Source: Candidatus Bathyarchaeia archaeon
GTDB taxonomy: Archaea; Thermoproteota; Bathyarchaeia; Bathyarchaeales; Bathycorpusculaceae
Direction: 5' to 3'
Length of the DNA stretch: 64,000 bases
Assembly: GCA_049512935.1 (NCBI GenBank)
Contig: JBEKWR010000009.1
Coordinates: 28,036 to 92,035, forward strand
Position numbers and translations under genes: made by a program
Shown: piece by piece, positions 18,192 to 28,259 of the stretch
Numbering within the stretch: position 1 is the stretch's first letter
How the letters are laid out: the number at the start of each line of letters is the position of its first letter
Notes under the pieces: generated by a model
Database searches by the model: none
Told to the model about the DNA's origin: nothing
Seen by the model: only the letters and a program-made list of their open reading frames with translations

Positions 18192-20612
18192 TTAGCTTTC
18201 AGTCTTTTTCTGCATTTCGAACCCTGGATATTCCTTCAGTTTAGCAGCCATAACTGTGAGTTGCTTGTCAACTAGGTAATTGACTGTTCCCTCCTCAAAA
18301 GTTCCGTCCGCTGATCTTTCGCCAGCTTTGGTTCCCGTGAGAAACTCGATGCCTTCGTCGATCGTTTTTACCGAGTAAATGTTGAATTTGCCTGCCTTCA
18401 CTGCCTCGATAATTTCTTCTTTCAGCATCAGGTTTTGCACGTTGCTTTCTGGAATCATTACCCCTTGTTGACCAGAGAGCTCCTGCAGCTTGCAGACTTC
18501 AAAGAAACCTTCGATTTTCTCGTTGACCCCGCCTATGGCTTGAACTTCCCCCTTCTGGTTGACTGAACCAGTCACGGCTATGTTCTGCTTTATGGGCAGT
18601 CCAGAGAGCGCTGACAAAATCGAGTACAGTTCGGTGCTTGAGGCACTGTCGCCTTCGACGCCTTCATAGTTTTGCTCAAAAACCAGTCTTGCGGAAAGGC
18701 TCAAAGGTTTGTCTCGGGCGTATTTGTCGTTTATGTACCCGCTGAGGATAAGGACACCTTTTGTGTGTATGGGTCCGCCCATCTTGGCTTCTCGCTCAAT
18801 ATCGATTACCCCTTCCCTTCCTAAGCCTATGCTTGCCGTGACGCGTGAAGGATTCCCGAAAGCAAAGTCGCCCATACCCATGACAGATAAGCCGTTAACC
18901 TGCCCGACCTTTTCTTGAACAGTGTCTATCAGGAAGAACCCGCGTTTTATCATTTCCTGGATTTTTTCTTGGACCAACTTTGAGCGGTAAACTTTTTCCT
19001 CTATAGCCTTCTTTATGTGGCTTCCAGTTATGAACTCGGAATTGTCTTGTACAGCGTAAAAGTTCGCTTCTCGAATTATGTCAGCGGCATAGGCGAATTG
19101 GGTCGATAGCTTGTACTGGTCCTCGGCAAGCCTTGAACTGTACTCAACTATTTTAGCGACGCCTGTCCCGTCTAAGTGTTTGAGGTTTTCCTTTTCGCAG
19201 AGCGAACAGACCCAAGCGGCATACTGCATCACTTTATCCTCAGTTCTATCCATCACACTGTCGAATTCTGCCTTGATTTTGAAGAGGTCTCGGAAGTCAG
19301 GATCCATTTCAAACATCATTTGGTAGAGGTAAGGACTCCCAATCAAGATAACTTTGGCTGTTAAAGGAATAGGCTCGGGCTTGATCGTTTTAACGCTGAG
19401 GAACCCATAACGTTCTTCAGGTTCAGCTATCGTCATGTTTCCGTCTCTGAGGTCTCTTTTTAGGCCGTCGTAGGCTAAGGGGTTTTGCAGCAATTCTTCA
19501 ACTGGAATAATCAGGTATCCACCGTTAGCCTTGTGGATTGATCCCGCCCGAATCATGCTGAAGTCGGTTGTTAAAGCTCCGAACTGCGCTTCTTTTTCTG
19601 TTTTGCCCAAAAGGTTAGTGTACGTTGGGTTTGTTTCCATGACAACTGGGGCGCCCTTGGTTTCGGAGTTGTCGATGACAACGTTCACTTCATACTTCTT
19701 GTAGGGGTCTTCTCTCATCCAAGGCAACTGAAACGGGAATTGCTCTTGCTGTTCACCGCCACTGCTCCGCCTGATGAACTGCTGCAGGTTATCCAACATG
19801 TCGTTCTCAACGGCTTTAAGATATTCCGTCACTTCGGAGAGCCCACGGTATTTCTCACTTAGGCTTTCCACAAGGTTGCCTATGGCGTAGAGCGCAACTT
19901 CCCTGTTGAGCTTCTTTAAAGCTTCATGAATTTGTCTTTCCATATCAATGAGCTGCCGCATCGCGTTCCTAAACTCAATTTCCAGCTTTTCCCTTTTCTC
20001 CTGCAGTTTATCCTTCGTTTTTTGAGGCAACGCCAACATTTCTTCTTCGCTCAGCGGTTTTCCATCTAACACTGGAATCAGCAGCAAACCGATGGGTGTG
20101 GTTTGAATAACGAAGCCTTCACTTTGAGCCTTCTCGTTTGCCTCTTCAATCAACTGTTTTCTCTTTTCTTCCAACCCTCGGACCGTCGCATCTCTTCTTG
20201 CCACGTAGTCATCACTCTCAAAAGCCTTAGGAAGCGCGTTCTTGACGTTTTCAATAAAGTTCTTCATGTCATCTCGAAAATCCTTACCTTTCCCAGCGGA
20301 CAACTGAATGGCTTTCGGTTCGTATTGGTTACTAAAATTGTTAACGTAGCACCAGTCAGAGGGAACAGGCTGGGTTTTAGCTTGCGCTTCAACGAAATTT
20401 TTAACAGTAGTTTTTCTGCCCGTTCCCGGCCAGCCTGCCACGTACATGTTGAAACCGTGATTTTTTATGCCGAGCCCAAACTTTAAGGCTCGAACGGCTC
20501 TTTCTTGCCCGATGATCTCGCTTGAAGGAGTCAGATCCTTGGTTGATTGACATTGAATAAGGTCAGGGTTGCATTCGTTTCGGAGTTTTTCTACAGACAA
20601 TTTGGTTGCCAT
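18192..20612 (-). CDS. Lon-like (LonC-type) protease
   Basis: IIGQERA, GTGRKT, HKANGGYL, Ser-Lys dyad GDSAS / NEKIE. Confidence 0.92.
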   Translation of the reverse strand: MATKLSVEKLRNECNPDLIQCQSTKDLTPSSEIIGQERAVRALKFGLGIKNHGFNMYVAGWPGTGRKTTVKNFVEAQAKTQPVPSDWCYVNNFSNQYEPKAIQLSAGKGKDFRDDMKNFIENVKNALPKAFESDDYVARRDATVRGLEEKRKQLIEEANEKAQSEGFVIQTTPIGLLLIPVLDGKPLSEEEMLALPQKTKDKLQEKREKLEIEFRNAMRQLIDMERQIHEALKKLNREVALYAIGNLVESLSEKYRGLSEVTEYLKAVENDMLDNLQQFIRRSSGGEQQEQFPFQLPWMREDPYKKYEVNVVIDNSETKGAPVVMETNPTYTNLLGKTEKEAQFGALTTDFSMIRAGSIHKANGGYLIIPVEELLQNPLAYDGLKRDLRDGNMTIAEPEERYGFLSVKTIKPEPIPLTAKVILIGSPYLYQMMFEMDPDFRDLFKIKAEFDSVMDRTEDKVMQYAAWVCSLCEKENLKHLDGTGVAKIVEYSSRLAEDQYKLSTQFAYAADIIREANFYAVQDNSEFITGSHIKKAIEEKVYRSKLVQEKIQEMIKRGFFLIDTVQEKVGQVNGLSVMGMGDFAFGNPSRVTASIGLGREGVIDIEREAKMGGPIHTKGVLILSGYINDKYARDKPLSLSARLVFEQNYEGVEGDSASSTELYSILSALSGLPIKQNIAVTGSVNQKGEVQAIGGVNEKIEGFFEVCKLQELSGQQGVMIPESNVQNLMLKEEIIEAVKAGKFNIYSVKTIDEGIEFLTGTKAGERSADGTFEEGTVNYLVDKQLTVMAAKLKEYPGFEMQKKTES

Positions 20613-20793
20613 GTTAAAATCACTTCATTCGGAAGAGGAATTTCCTAATTTTACTCACGTTTTGGTCGGTAATTAAGTTTCTGTTACTCCAAATTTCGAT
20701 TTCCTCAATAGTTTAAGTGGCATAAAAATAAATAGCACTTGCTTGCTAAGAGCTAAACGCATAAACGGCGAATCTACGTTTGGAGACAGAAAC

Positions 20794-21723
20794 ATGCTCA
20801 AGTTAACCAGCGCAACTCCATCGGAAAACCCTGAATTATCAAGTCAGCCAACGCCAGAATCGGCGGGCTCTAAACGGCTTGGAAAAAAAATCTACGGTGT
20901 GATAGCTGCTGTAGCTATTGTCGTCATTGTTGTTGGCGCGCTTTTGATTCCTCAAGGCGCCGCGTCAATACCGCTCACAGTCAACTACGTCGTCGGCGAA
21001 AAAATGGTTTATAACACCACGATGAACGTGAACCTTAATCTGGGTGACACAACGCTTCCCGGTGAATCAGGGCTTAACAACAATGAAAGCGCCAATGGGC
21101 AAATAATCATTGACGTCCTCGGCTTTAATGACCCATACTACACTTTGAACCAGACCGTAACCATGACTGCGGACAATATACCATTTACTTATTCAACCAC
21201 TCAAGTAATGGACAAGACTGGCTGCTCAGCACCCTTTGAAGGGTTTGGAACCAGCACCGGCGGCGTTGACGCAACGAACCCGACGAGCGATTATTATCTT
21301 GCCCAGCTGCTGGACAAGCCGGAAGTTAAAGTCGGCGACACCGTGACCATTCCGTACCCAAGTCTTCCGTCTAGTTTTTCCTCACTATTTGGCATAACTG
21401 GGGATATAACGGTGACTTTCAAGGGCTTTCAGGATTTCACTGTGCCTGCGGGAACCTACAAGGTGTTTGGGGTGGACATAACCAGCAACAACCTGCAAAT
21501 GACCTACAACGATACATCGACAGGAACGTCAAGCAGCTCCAGTTCGCTTCTCAGCGGCTTAAACATGAATATTGGCCTCAACTACGAGATATACTACGAG
21601 TACGGAACAATGCGCATAATCCAGTCATCCATGCAGGAAAACGCTTCGCTCCAATCAAGCCTCCTGAACTACTCAGTGGGCATCACCATGGGCATGACGC
21701 TCAACCAAGACGTTCAACCATAA
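20794..21723 (+). CDS. Membrane-anchored extracellular protein
   Basis: N-terminal TM helix; beta-rich S/T/N domain with TVPAGTY motif. Confidence 0.75.
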   Translation: MLKLTSATPSENPELSSQPTPESAGSKRLGKKIYGVIAAVAIVVIVVGALLIPQGAASIPLTVNYVVGEKMVYNTTMNVNLNLGDTTLPGESGLNNNESANGQIIIDVLGFNDPYYTLNQTVTMTADNIPFTYSTTQVMDKTGCSAPFEGFGTSTGGVDATNPTSDYYLAQLLDKPEVKVGDTVTIPYPSLPSSFSSLFGITGDITVTFKGFQDFTVPAGTYKVFGVDITSNNLQMTYNDTSTGTSSSSSSLLSGLNMNIGLNYEIYYEYGTMRIIQSSMQENASLQSSLLNYSVGITMGMTLNQDVQP

Positions 21724-21768
21724 AAGAACGGGAAACCGTCACCCTCACTCTTTTTTTGTTTTTGAATT

Positions 21769-22311
21769 TCACGCTTGAATGAACCGCTTAAGGATTTCTT
21801 GATTTCGAACCTCAGGATGGAAAAGTACCCCGATGATGTTCTTGCGCTTGTGCTTTATCACTTGGACGCACCTCGCCGATTTCGCCCACACGTCAAACTC
21901 GCCCGAAACGTCAACGCAGACGCTGTGAAGCGAGTAAGCCTTGAAGTCTCCGGAAAAAAACGGGTTCTCCACCATGGTGCTTATCGGGGTCATGCCGATT
22001 TCCACGCATCGCCGCAGACCCGCGTCGAAAACCAAGCCGATTGTTTCCATGCCTGCGCAGACGCCGAGCACGGGCTTTTCTGTTTCTTTGAGCCACTGAA
22101 ATTTCTCAGGCTGGTCTAATGTTGCCGTGTCTTTGAGGGCTGTTCCTGAAAGGATAACTTTGTCGCATCGGCTCAGGTCTTCAGCGGCAACTTCAAGGTA
22201 ATGTCTCACCATGCATCGGTCAAGCGCTCCGGCAACTTGGGCAATCGGCAGCACAAACTCGTAGTAGCCGAGCGAATCCCGCTTCCAGTTCATGTCAACC
22301 AGCAGGATCAT
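21769..22311 (-). CDS. Class I glutamine amidotransferase
   Basis: ILSG, GVCAG (catalytic Cys), FHPE. Confidence 0.88.
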   Translation of the reverse strand: MILLVDMNWKRDSLGYYEFVLPIAQVAGALDRCMVRHYLEVAAEDLSRCDKVILSGTALKDTATLDQPEKFQWLKETEKPVLGVCAGMETIGLVFDAGLRRCVEIGMTPISTMVENPFFSGDFKAYSLHSVCVDVSGEFDVWAKSARCVQVIKHKRKNIIGVLFHPEVRNQEILKRFIQA

Positions 22312-22988
22312 TTTTCAACCAGCCGTGCCCTGTTAATGTTAAAAACCCCGGAGTTTCCCCTTGCGCTGGAGGTGTAATCGAGGATTTCGATTTTCTTCTT
22401 GAACATTGGCGCGTCTAAAACTGCGGTTTCAATTTCCCCGCCTTCGCCGGAAGGGCTTATTCCCCATTTCTGCTGCAGATCCACAAGCCTGCTTATGACT
22501 GCGGCGTCGATGTGCAGTCCAAGCCATTTCTCGTCAAGCGGGTACGCGAAAACCCCTGAAATAACCACGTTGAAGCCCCTTTCAACAAGCTCCTCCAGCA
22601 ACGCCCGCTGGTCATGTTTCCAAAGCGGGTTAAAACACCAGAGATCCAGCTTGTTGCAGATGCGTTGAACCCGTTCTGCCTGATAGACCGACTCCACCGC
22701 GCCTGTCACGACGCCCTCAATCTGGAATAGCCGGGCTGCCTCCGCGATTGCCTCTTCCAGGTCTTGGAGCTCTTTTTCTTTTTCGCCCCGCGTCGTCTTG
22801 GCTACCCGCGGCAGCGCTAAGGCTTCGGCTTGAAGGGCGGTAACGTCGATGTTTGGTGTGTGGAACATGTAGCTTTCCTTGTTCTCTGAAATCAGCGTTA
22901 TGAGGCAGACGACTTCCTCCTTCTCTTTGGCGTATTGAAGGGCAAGCGTCGAGTCTTTGCCGCCTGAAAACAGAACTCCAAGTCGCAT
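22308..22988 (-). CDS. dph6: Diphthine--ammonia ligase
   Basis: FSGGKDS PP-loop, SYMFH, SVYQ, GEGGEIET. Confidence 0.9.
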   Translation of the reverse strand: MRLGVLFSGGKDSTLALQYAKEKEEVVCLITLISENKESYMFHTPNIDVTALQAEALALPRVAKTTRGEKEKELQDLEEAIAEAARLFQIEGVVTGAVESVYQAERVQRICNKLDLWCFNPLWKHDQRALLEELVERGFNVVISGVFAYPLDEKWLGLHIDAAVISRLVDLQQKWGISPSGEGGEIETAVLDAPMFKKKIEILDYTSSARGNSGVFNINRARLVEK

Positions 22989-23012
22989 AGTTACCAAAGA
23001 AAACAGAACTGG

Positions 23013-23537
23013 TTAATATGCCTGATTAAACGGTCGCCCTGCTTCGGAGACTGGTTCGGCACGCTGCGGTTTTGGAGAAACGAAGAACCGCATTGTTGAA
23101 AAAGAATCTTCTGATAGGAGTTGCCTGTTGGTTTCATGTTCCCAGCGCCTGCAGAACCAGATGGTGCTCACGCTGATGGAAGCCGCCAGAGAAAACATGA
23201 AGACGACGAAGAAGCTGATTCCCTGCAGAGTCCACGAACGTATGAAGCCGCCAGCAAAATACGGAAAAACCGCCCAGAACACGACAATCGCCAACGATAA
23301 CAAAACGGGTGGAAAAGGCAACTTGTATTCCCCGTTGTCCTCGACGGACCGCAACATCTTCGCTGTCATCACATACGCAATTGCCACTCCGCCGACCAAA
23401 CCGACCACCACTACTGCTGTTGCCAGCTGCGTGTTGGACTGCAACCTGAAATTCAACAGCACCGCCAAAACCGCTAATAGCACTATGAAAACTGTCCCAG
23501 CATTAAATCTGGACGCTTCTCGAGCACCTTGCAACAC
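23013..23537 (-). CDS. Hypothetical 4-TM membrane protein
   Basis: Four hydrophobic segments. Confidence 0.65.
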   Translation of the reverse strand: MLQGAREASRFNAGTVFIVLLAVLAVLLNFRLQSNTQLATAVVVVGLVGGVAIAYVMTAKMLRSVEDNGEYKLPFPPVLLSLAIVVFWAVFPYFAGGFIRSWTLQGISFFVVFMFSLAASISVSTIWFCRRWEHETNRQLLSEDSFSTMRFFVSPKPQRAEPVSEAGRPFNQAY

Positions 23538-23635
23538 GTTACCACTCGATTAACAAGCTATTGAGCCTATTCGTTTTTAATTCTTGCCCTCAACCGTGCA
23601 AGTGAAAGAAAGAAATCGCGATTTTTGTAGGTTGC

Positions 23636-24823
23636 CTAAATCTTTGCGTTGCAGACATTGGGTACCGCTTTGAGTTTGGCAATAATTTCAGGCGTGGCTC
23701 TCTTATGCAGGACATATACTGAGATGGCGTAGCCGCTGTTTCCGATCTGCCTCGAATAGTTGGCTCTTATGTTTATGTCGTTGTCAGCCAAGACCTTGTC
23801 GATGTTGGCGAACACTCCTGGAACGTCACGGTGATGAATGAACAATGTGTAGACGGGTTTTTCCTCAAGCTCGATGCTTTCACCCGCGTTCACCGCGTTT
23901 AGGAAGTCGCCGCCGAGAAGGTACCCTGAGACCACGCGCGCGATTTCGGTTGATGTTTCCCGCTGCGCTTCAACCGTGGAAGCGCCAAGGTGACTGCTTA
24001 AAACCACGCTGTCCAACTCTTTCAGTTTGCTTTTGAAGTCGGCTCCTTCAGCTTTGGGTTCGTCAACGTAAACGTCGAGGGCGGCGCCAGCGATTTTTCC
24101 GTTCTTCAGCGCCTTGTACAGTGCCTGCTCGTCTATGTTGTTGCCTCTTGACGTGTTAATCAGGTAAGCCGTGGGCTTCATGAGAGCGAGTTCCTTTTCG
24201 CCGATGACCACATCCTTCCCGCCTGGAGTGTGAACGCTCACGTAATCTGCCTTGGCAAGAACCTCTTCTTTAGACATGAATTTTATGCCCGACTCGAAGC
24301 ACGGTTTAATGTCGTAGCCGATGACTTCCATGTCGAAGCCGCGGTGCGCGATTTCTGCCAGTTTCTGCCCGATTCTGCCGCAGCCTAAGATACCCAGGGT
24401 TTTGTAGGTGAGCTCGTTGCCTTTGAGTTTGGCTTTTTTCCACTCGCCGCTTTTAAGTGACTGGTGGGCTTGTGGTGTTTTTCTTGAGATGGCAAGCATT
24501 AATCCGATGGTTAACTCCGCCACCGCGTTGGTGCTCCCGTAAGGCGCAGATTTCACAACTATGCCGTTTTCTGAAGCGGCTGAAACGTCGATGTTGTCGA
24601 AGCCTACTCCCGCGCGCCCGACAATTTTGAGTTTGCCCTTTGCGCCTGCCTCGATGACTTCCCGTGTGACTTTGGTGGCGCTGCGCACGATCAACGCGTC
24701 AAAGCCGCCGACGTCGGCGACAAGCTGAGCCGCGTCTCTTTTCTGCGTGTCCGTCTCTATGCCTGCGTCTTGGAACAGCTGCAAGCCTTCCCTTTCTAAG
24801 CCATCGTTCAACAACACTTTCAT
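23636..24823 (-). CDS. serA: D-3-phosphoglycerate dehydrogenase with ACT domain
   Basis: [35 protein letters not shown]; C-terminal HRDVPGV ACT. Confidence 0.9.
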   Translation of the reverse strand: MKVLLNDGLEREGLQLFQDAGIETDTQKRDAAQLVADVGGFDALIVRSATKVTREVIEAGAKGKLKIVGRAGVGFDNIDVSAASENGIVVKSAPYGSTNAVAELTIGLMLAISRKTPQAHQSLKSGEWKKAKLKGNELTYKTLGILGCGRIGQKLAEIAHRGFDMEVIGYDIKPCFESGIKFMSKEEVLAKADYVSVHTPGGKDVVIGEKELALMKPTAYLINTSRGNNIDEQALYKALKNGKIAGAALDVYVDEPKAEGADFKSKLKELDSVVLSSHLGASTVEAQRETSTEIARVVSGYLLGGDFLNAVNAGESIELEEKPVYTLFIHHRDVPGVFANIDKVLADNDINIRANYSRQIGNSGYAISVYVLHKRATPEIIAKLKAVPNVCNAKI

Positions 24824-24934
24824 GGTAAGCCAACCTCTCTTGAGTGCATAACAAGTTGGTGATTTAAGCTGATTGGCAACCGACAATAATAAATATTCTC
24901 AACAAAACCAACGGTTTCGCCGTTACCCTTTACT

Positions 24935-25219
24935 TTATGCTTTTCGTTTTAGGGCTGCGACTTGCTGCTTGCTCATGCGGGTTGCGGCTATGTTAAAGGT
25001 TGACACTTCATGGCAGTAGGGGCATTTCAGCCTGCGGGTGTTTCCGCGGTAGAGGGAGATGAAGCTGGCTCCGGGAACCCAGTGGTAGTTGAACTGCCCT
25101 TTGCATTTGGGGCACGTGAGCCTTGACACGGCATGCGGCCCGTAACGTGGAAGAATCATGAAAACTGCTATGAAAACTATCGCCGTCGCGATAACGTAGA
25201 TTATCAGAAGGTCTACCAT
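24935..25219 (-). CDS. Membrane-anchored zinc-ribbon protein
   Basis: N-terminal TM helix; CPKC...CPYC. Confidence 0.75.
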   Translation of the reverse strand: MVDLLIIYVIATAIVFIAVFMILPRYGPHAVSRLTCPKCKGQFNYHWVPGASFISLYRGNTRRLKCPYCHEVSTFNIAATRMSKQQVAALKRKA

Positions 25220-25331
25220 GACTTTTCCGTTTTCAAATGCGGTTGTTTTGCTTATTAATATTTAGCCTTACTTTTCTGCTTTCACAATCAAATTTGCGCG
25301 GTTCCCCGCGATTGCTTGGGAAGAATTGGTG

Positions 25332-26687
25332 CTAAGCCTTTCTTATGTAGCTTAATGCTTCTTCCACGTTTTGGAAGCCGTATTTGACCTCGCTAAACTC
25401 TTTCCTAAGCTTTTGCACGTCTTGCTTGACCTGTTCGGGTTTGCGTTTGCCTTTTATGACGTCAAGCATGAGGTCGCACAGGTACTTAACGTCGCCTTCC
25501 TTCAAGCCACGGCGGGTTATGTCTTGGAAGCCGATTCGCAGCCCTGACGGGTTCTCCTTGCTGCTTTGGTCGTCATAAGGCAGCAGGTTCTTGTTGAGGA
25601 TTATGTTTGCATCTTCGAGGTCTTGAGCAATCTTGTTGCCGCCGCCGAAACTGCGGATGTCAACCGCGATCTGGTGGCTTTTGGTGAAACCTTTTTTCTC
25701 AGCGAGAACTTTAACCCCGTTCTCGTAAAGGTACTGACCCGCAGTCTGAGCGTTCTCCACAATCTGTTTTGCGAGGTCAACCCCGAAGAGCTTCATTTCT
25801 AAAGATGCAACGCCGAGAGCGGGCAACCTGCCCAAGTGCGTGTTTGATGCGGTAAGCGGGAAAATGGCGAATTGGATTTTCTTCACGGCTTTCTCTTGGG
25901 CTGGGTTGTTTTGGTTTCCCATTATGACGCCGCCCTGTGGACCTGGAAAGGTTTTGTGAGTTGAAGAAGTGATAAAGTCCGCTCCTTCCCGAAGGGGATC
26001 TTGGAATTGGCCACCCGCTATCAACCCCAGAACGTGTGACGCGTCGTAGGCAACGTAGGCGCCGACTTCGTCGCAGACGGCTTTTAGCTCTTTAACTGGG
26101 TGCGGAAACAGGAAGAGGCTGCCGCCGAACGTGACGATGCCTGGTTTAGCGGCTCGTATGACGTAGGCTGACTTTTCTGGGTCGATGTTGAATTCGTCTA
26201 CGTCGTAGACGTGGTTGATGTTGTCTAAGCCCAGTATGTTGCCTGCCAACCCCGTGTAGTCGTGCGAGATGTGGGCGCCGCAACTGAGCGGGGTGACGAC
26301 CATCTTGTTGTTTTTCGAAGCCAGGGATAAGCCTTTGAACGTGGCTAGGTTCGCGTGTGTTCCTGAGACAAGGCGCACGTCTGCCCAGTCAGCCTTAAAG
26401 AGGCTCTTCATCAAGTCTGTCGTGTAATCTTCAATTTGGGACATGTACTTCTGTCCCTGATAATACCTCTTTTTGACGTGCCCCTCAGGGTCATTGTCGC
26501 CTTCAGCATACCTGGCTGCAAGGTCATGTGAGAAGCAAAGCATCTGGTTGACCGCGGGCGACTTCAGCCCCTCGCTTGCAATCATGTTAATGCACTCTTT
26601 GTCGCGGTACTGCTCATGCCTGCGGCTTGCCTCGATCAAGTTTTCGAATAGGTTTGAGAAGTTATCCATTTCTGTGTTCTTCCCCAC
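25332..26687 (-). CDS. glyA: Serine hydroxymethyltransferase
   Basis: NMIASE, YAEG, SSTHKTFPGPQGG PLP-lysine motif. Confidence 0.95.
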   Translation of the reverse strand: MGKNTEMDNFSNLFENLIEASRRHEQYRDKECINMIASEGLKSPAVNQMLCFSHDLAARYAEGDNDPEGHVKKRYYQGQKYMSQIEDYTTDLMKSLFKADWADVRLVSGTHANLATFKGLSLASKNNKMVVTPLSCGAHISHDYTGLAGNILGLDNINHVYDVDEFNIDPEKSAYVIRAAKPGIVTFGGSLFLFPHPVKELKAVCDEVGAYVAYDASHVLGLIAGGQFQDPLREGADFITSSTHKTFPGPQGGVIMGNQNNPAQEKAVKKIQFAIFPLTASNTHLGRLPALGVASLEMKLFGVDLAKQIVENAQTAGQYLYENGVKVLAEKKGFTKSHQIAVDIRSFGGGNKIAQDLEDANIILNKNLLPYDDQSSKENPSGLRIGFQDITRRGLKEGDVKYLCDLMLDVIKGKRKPEQVKQDVQKLRKEFSEVKYGFQNVEEALSYIRKA

Positions 26688-26823
26688 GCTTGAATAATCA
26701 ACGGAATTGCACTCGGGACTATTTAGCCGTTACTGGGTTCATTATGAGCTTCAAAGGTTCATTCTTGAGTTACCTCTGGATTGGGCTGAACTGCAAGGAA
26801 AGTATCCTTTTTGGCGGCACATG

Positions 26824-27252
26824 TTAAAGCATGTACATGATTATGTAAAATATTTCTCCCGAAAGGAAGGCAAACCACCAGATGTAGAAAAGTGGCGTCG
26901 TCAGCTTACGGTGATAAGTGTTTGCTTTTCTTGTTCTTAGCTGCCAGAAACCAGTGATGAGTACAAGGATTTCTAGGGACATGACGACAATTGCGACGGG
27001 TACGTGTACAACCATGAAGTAAATGTTGACAAGCGGCGTCATTTGAAGAGTCGCTCCGTTTACTGCCCCACCAAAGGTTCTGTAAAGCATGTAGCCGATT
27101 GAAACAGACAGGTCCCAAACGATGGCGGCGAATCCTGAAACAGGGTGAAAACGCTTCTTTCCCTTCCCGCTCAAGAAGGCGTGGACAAAGAGGAAAGCCA
27201 CGGGAATCAAGGCGATTGCGACAAATGTGCTTGCAAACGGGGCAGTGGTCAT
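26824..27252 (-). CDS. DUF420-like 4-TM protein
   Basis: Four TM helices with His residues (RFHP, VVHV, YHRK). Confidence 0.65.
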   Translation of the reverse strand: MTTAPFASTFVAIALIPVAFLFVHAFLSGKGKKRFHPVSGFAAIVWDLSVSIGYMLYRTFGGAVNGATLQMTPLVNIYFMVVHVPVAIVVMSLEILVLITGFWQLRTRKANTYHRKLTTPLFYIWWFAFLSGEIFYIIMYML

Positions 27253-27295
27253 TATGCTTCACCAATGTTTCAATGGGGTAGGCAGGGCTTGCTAA

Positions 27296-28111
27296 TTAAG
27301 CATATGGCTTTTTTGTTTCCATTTGGTTTGGCGGCTGACTTATTTTTGCGATGACCACTCCGCCCGAGAGGATGCTGTTGTTGAGGAAAGTTACTTCCTT
27401 TCCAGAATCCAAGAGGATAACCGTGTAGAACGCGGTGATTTCCTTTATTGTACCCTGCTCGTTCATGAACGAAGTTGTCACACGGTCGCCGACTTGGTAG
27501 TGCAACCTGCTTTCTTTAGAAGGCCGATATTCACGAACATTGGTTATGATTACTCCCCCTGAAGCGATTGCACTGTTTGGAATAGTAACTTGGCCGACGT
27601 CAGTCTGTATTCTCATAACGAGCGCACTCATTTCTTCGATTTTCCCAGGGATATTGTTTACTATCACGTTATCGCCTTCTTTGAACTTGTAAGTGGTAAA
27701 AACCAAGAGGCCTGATAACAGGCTGCCGACAAACGTGGATATGACCAAACCTACGGTAACGGATATTATTCCAGCGCTTGCTAAAAGGTCTGTTGCGGAA
27801 ACTTTGAGGGTGTTCAGTATTCCGAAGGCCATCACCATAATGGCGATTGCAAGCAGGATATACTGCACTAATGTTGCGGCTTGAACCCCCATTCTCTGAG
27901 TCATTAGCGGCTTAAAACGGCGTATAATTATTATCGCGGTTACCCAAAAAGCCACGATGATAATTATGTCGATAGCCTGCTCAATCAGTTTGGATAAGCT
28001 TATGGGGCTAGCGATGAATTGGTGAAAAACGAAGAGAGCGCCTATGGTTACGATTAACATTGTTATCAAATAGATGAAGAGTCTTCGTAATGACGAAGCA
28101 ACGTTAGCCAT
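27296..28111 (-). CDS. MscS-family mechanosensitive channel
   Basis: TM helices, then FKEGDNV..G.I..IPNS and a second GD-type beta domain. Confidence 0.82.
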   Translation of the reverse strand: MANVASSLRRLFIYLITMLIVTIGALFVFHQFIASPISLSKLIEQAIDIIIIVAFWVTAIIIIRRFKPLMTQRMGVQAATLVQYILLAIAIMVMAFGILNTLKVSATDLLASAGIISVTVGLVISTFVGSLLSGLLVFTTYKFKEGDNVIVNNIPGKIEEMSALVMRIQTDVGQVTIPNSAIASGGVIITNVREYRPSKESRLHYQVGDRVTTSFMNEQGTIKEITAFYTVILLDSGKEVTFLNNSILSGGVVIAKISQPPNQMETKKPYA

Positions 28112-28259
28112 CCTAATCCTTCCTAGCCATAATCGACAAGCATATTTCTATAGTTTTCCCATGTGACCAATCAGACCTTTGTTCGCATCCGACTATAAAC
28201 AAATATGGGTACAGGAAAAAGAGCCGTTCTCTTAATTTCTTAGACAATTAAAGAAATTT

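Noticed and set aside
26690-26823. ZTP/THF/glycine riboswitch upstream of glyA
   Set aside because: No recognisable consensus motifs
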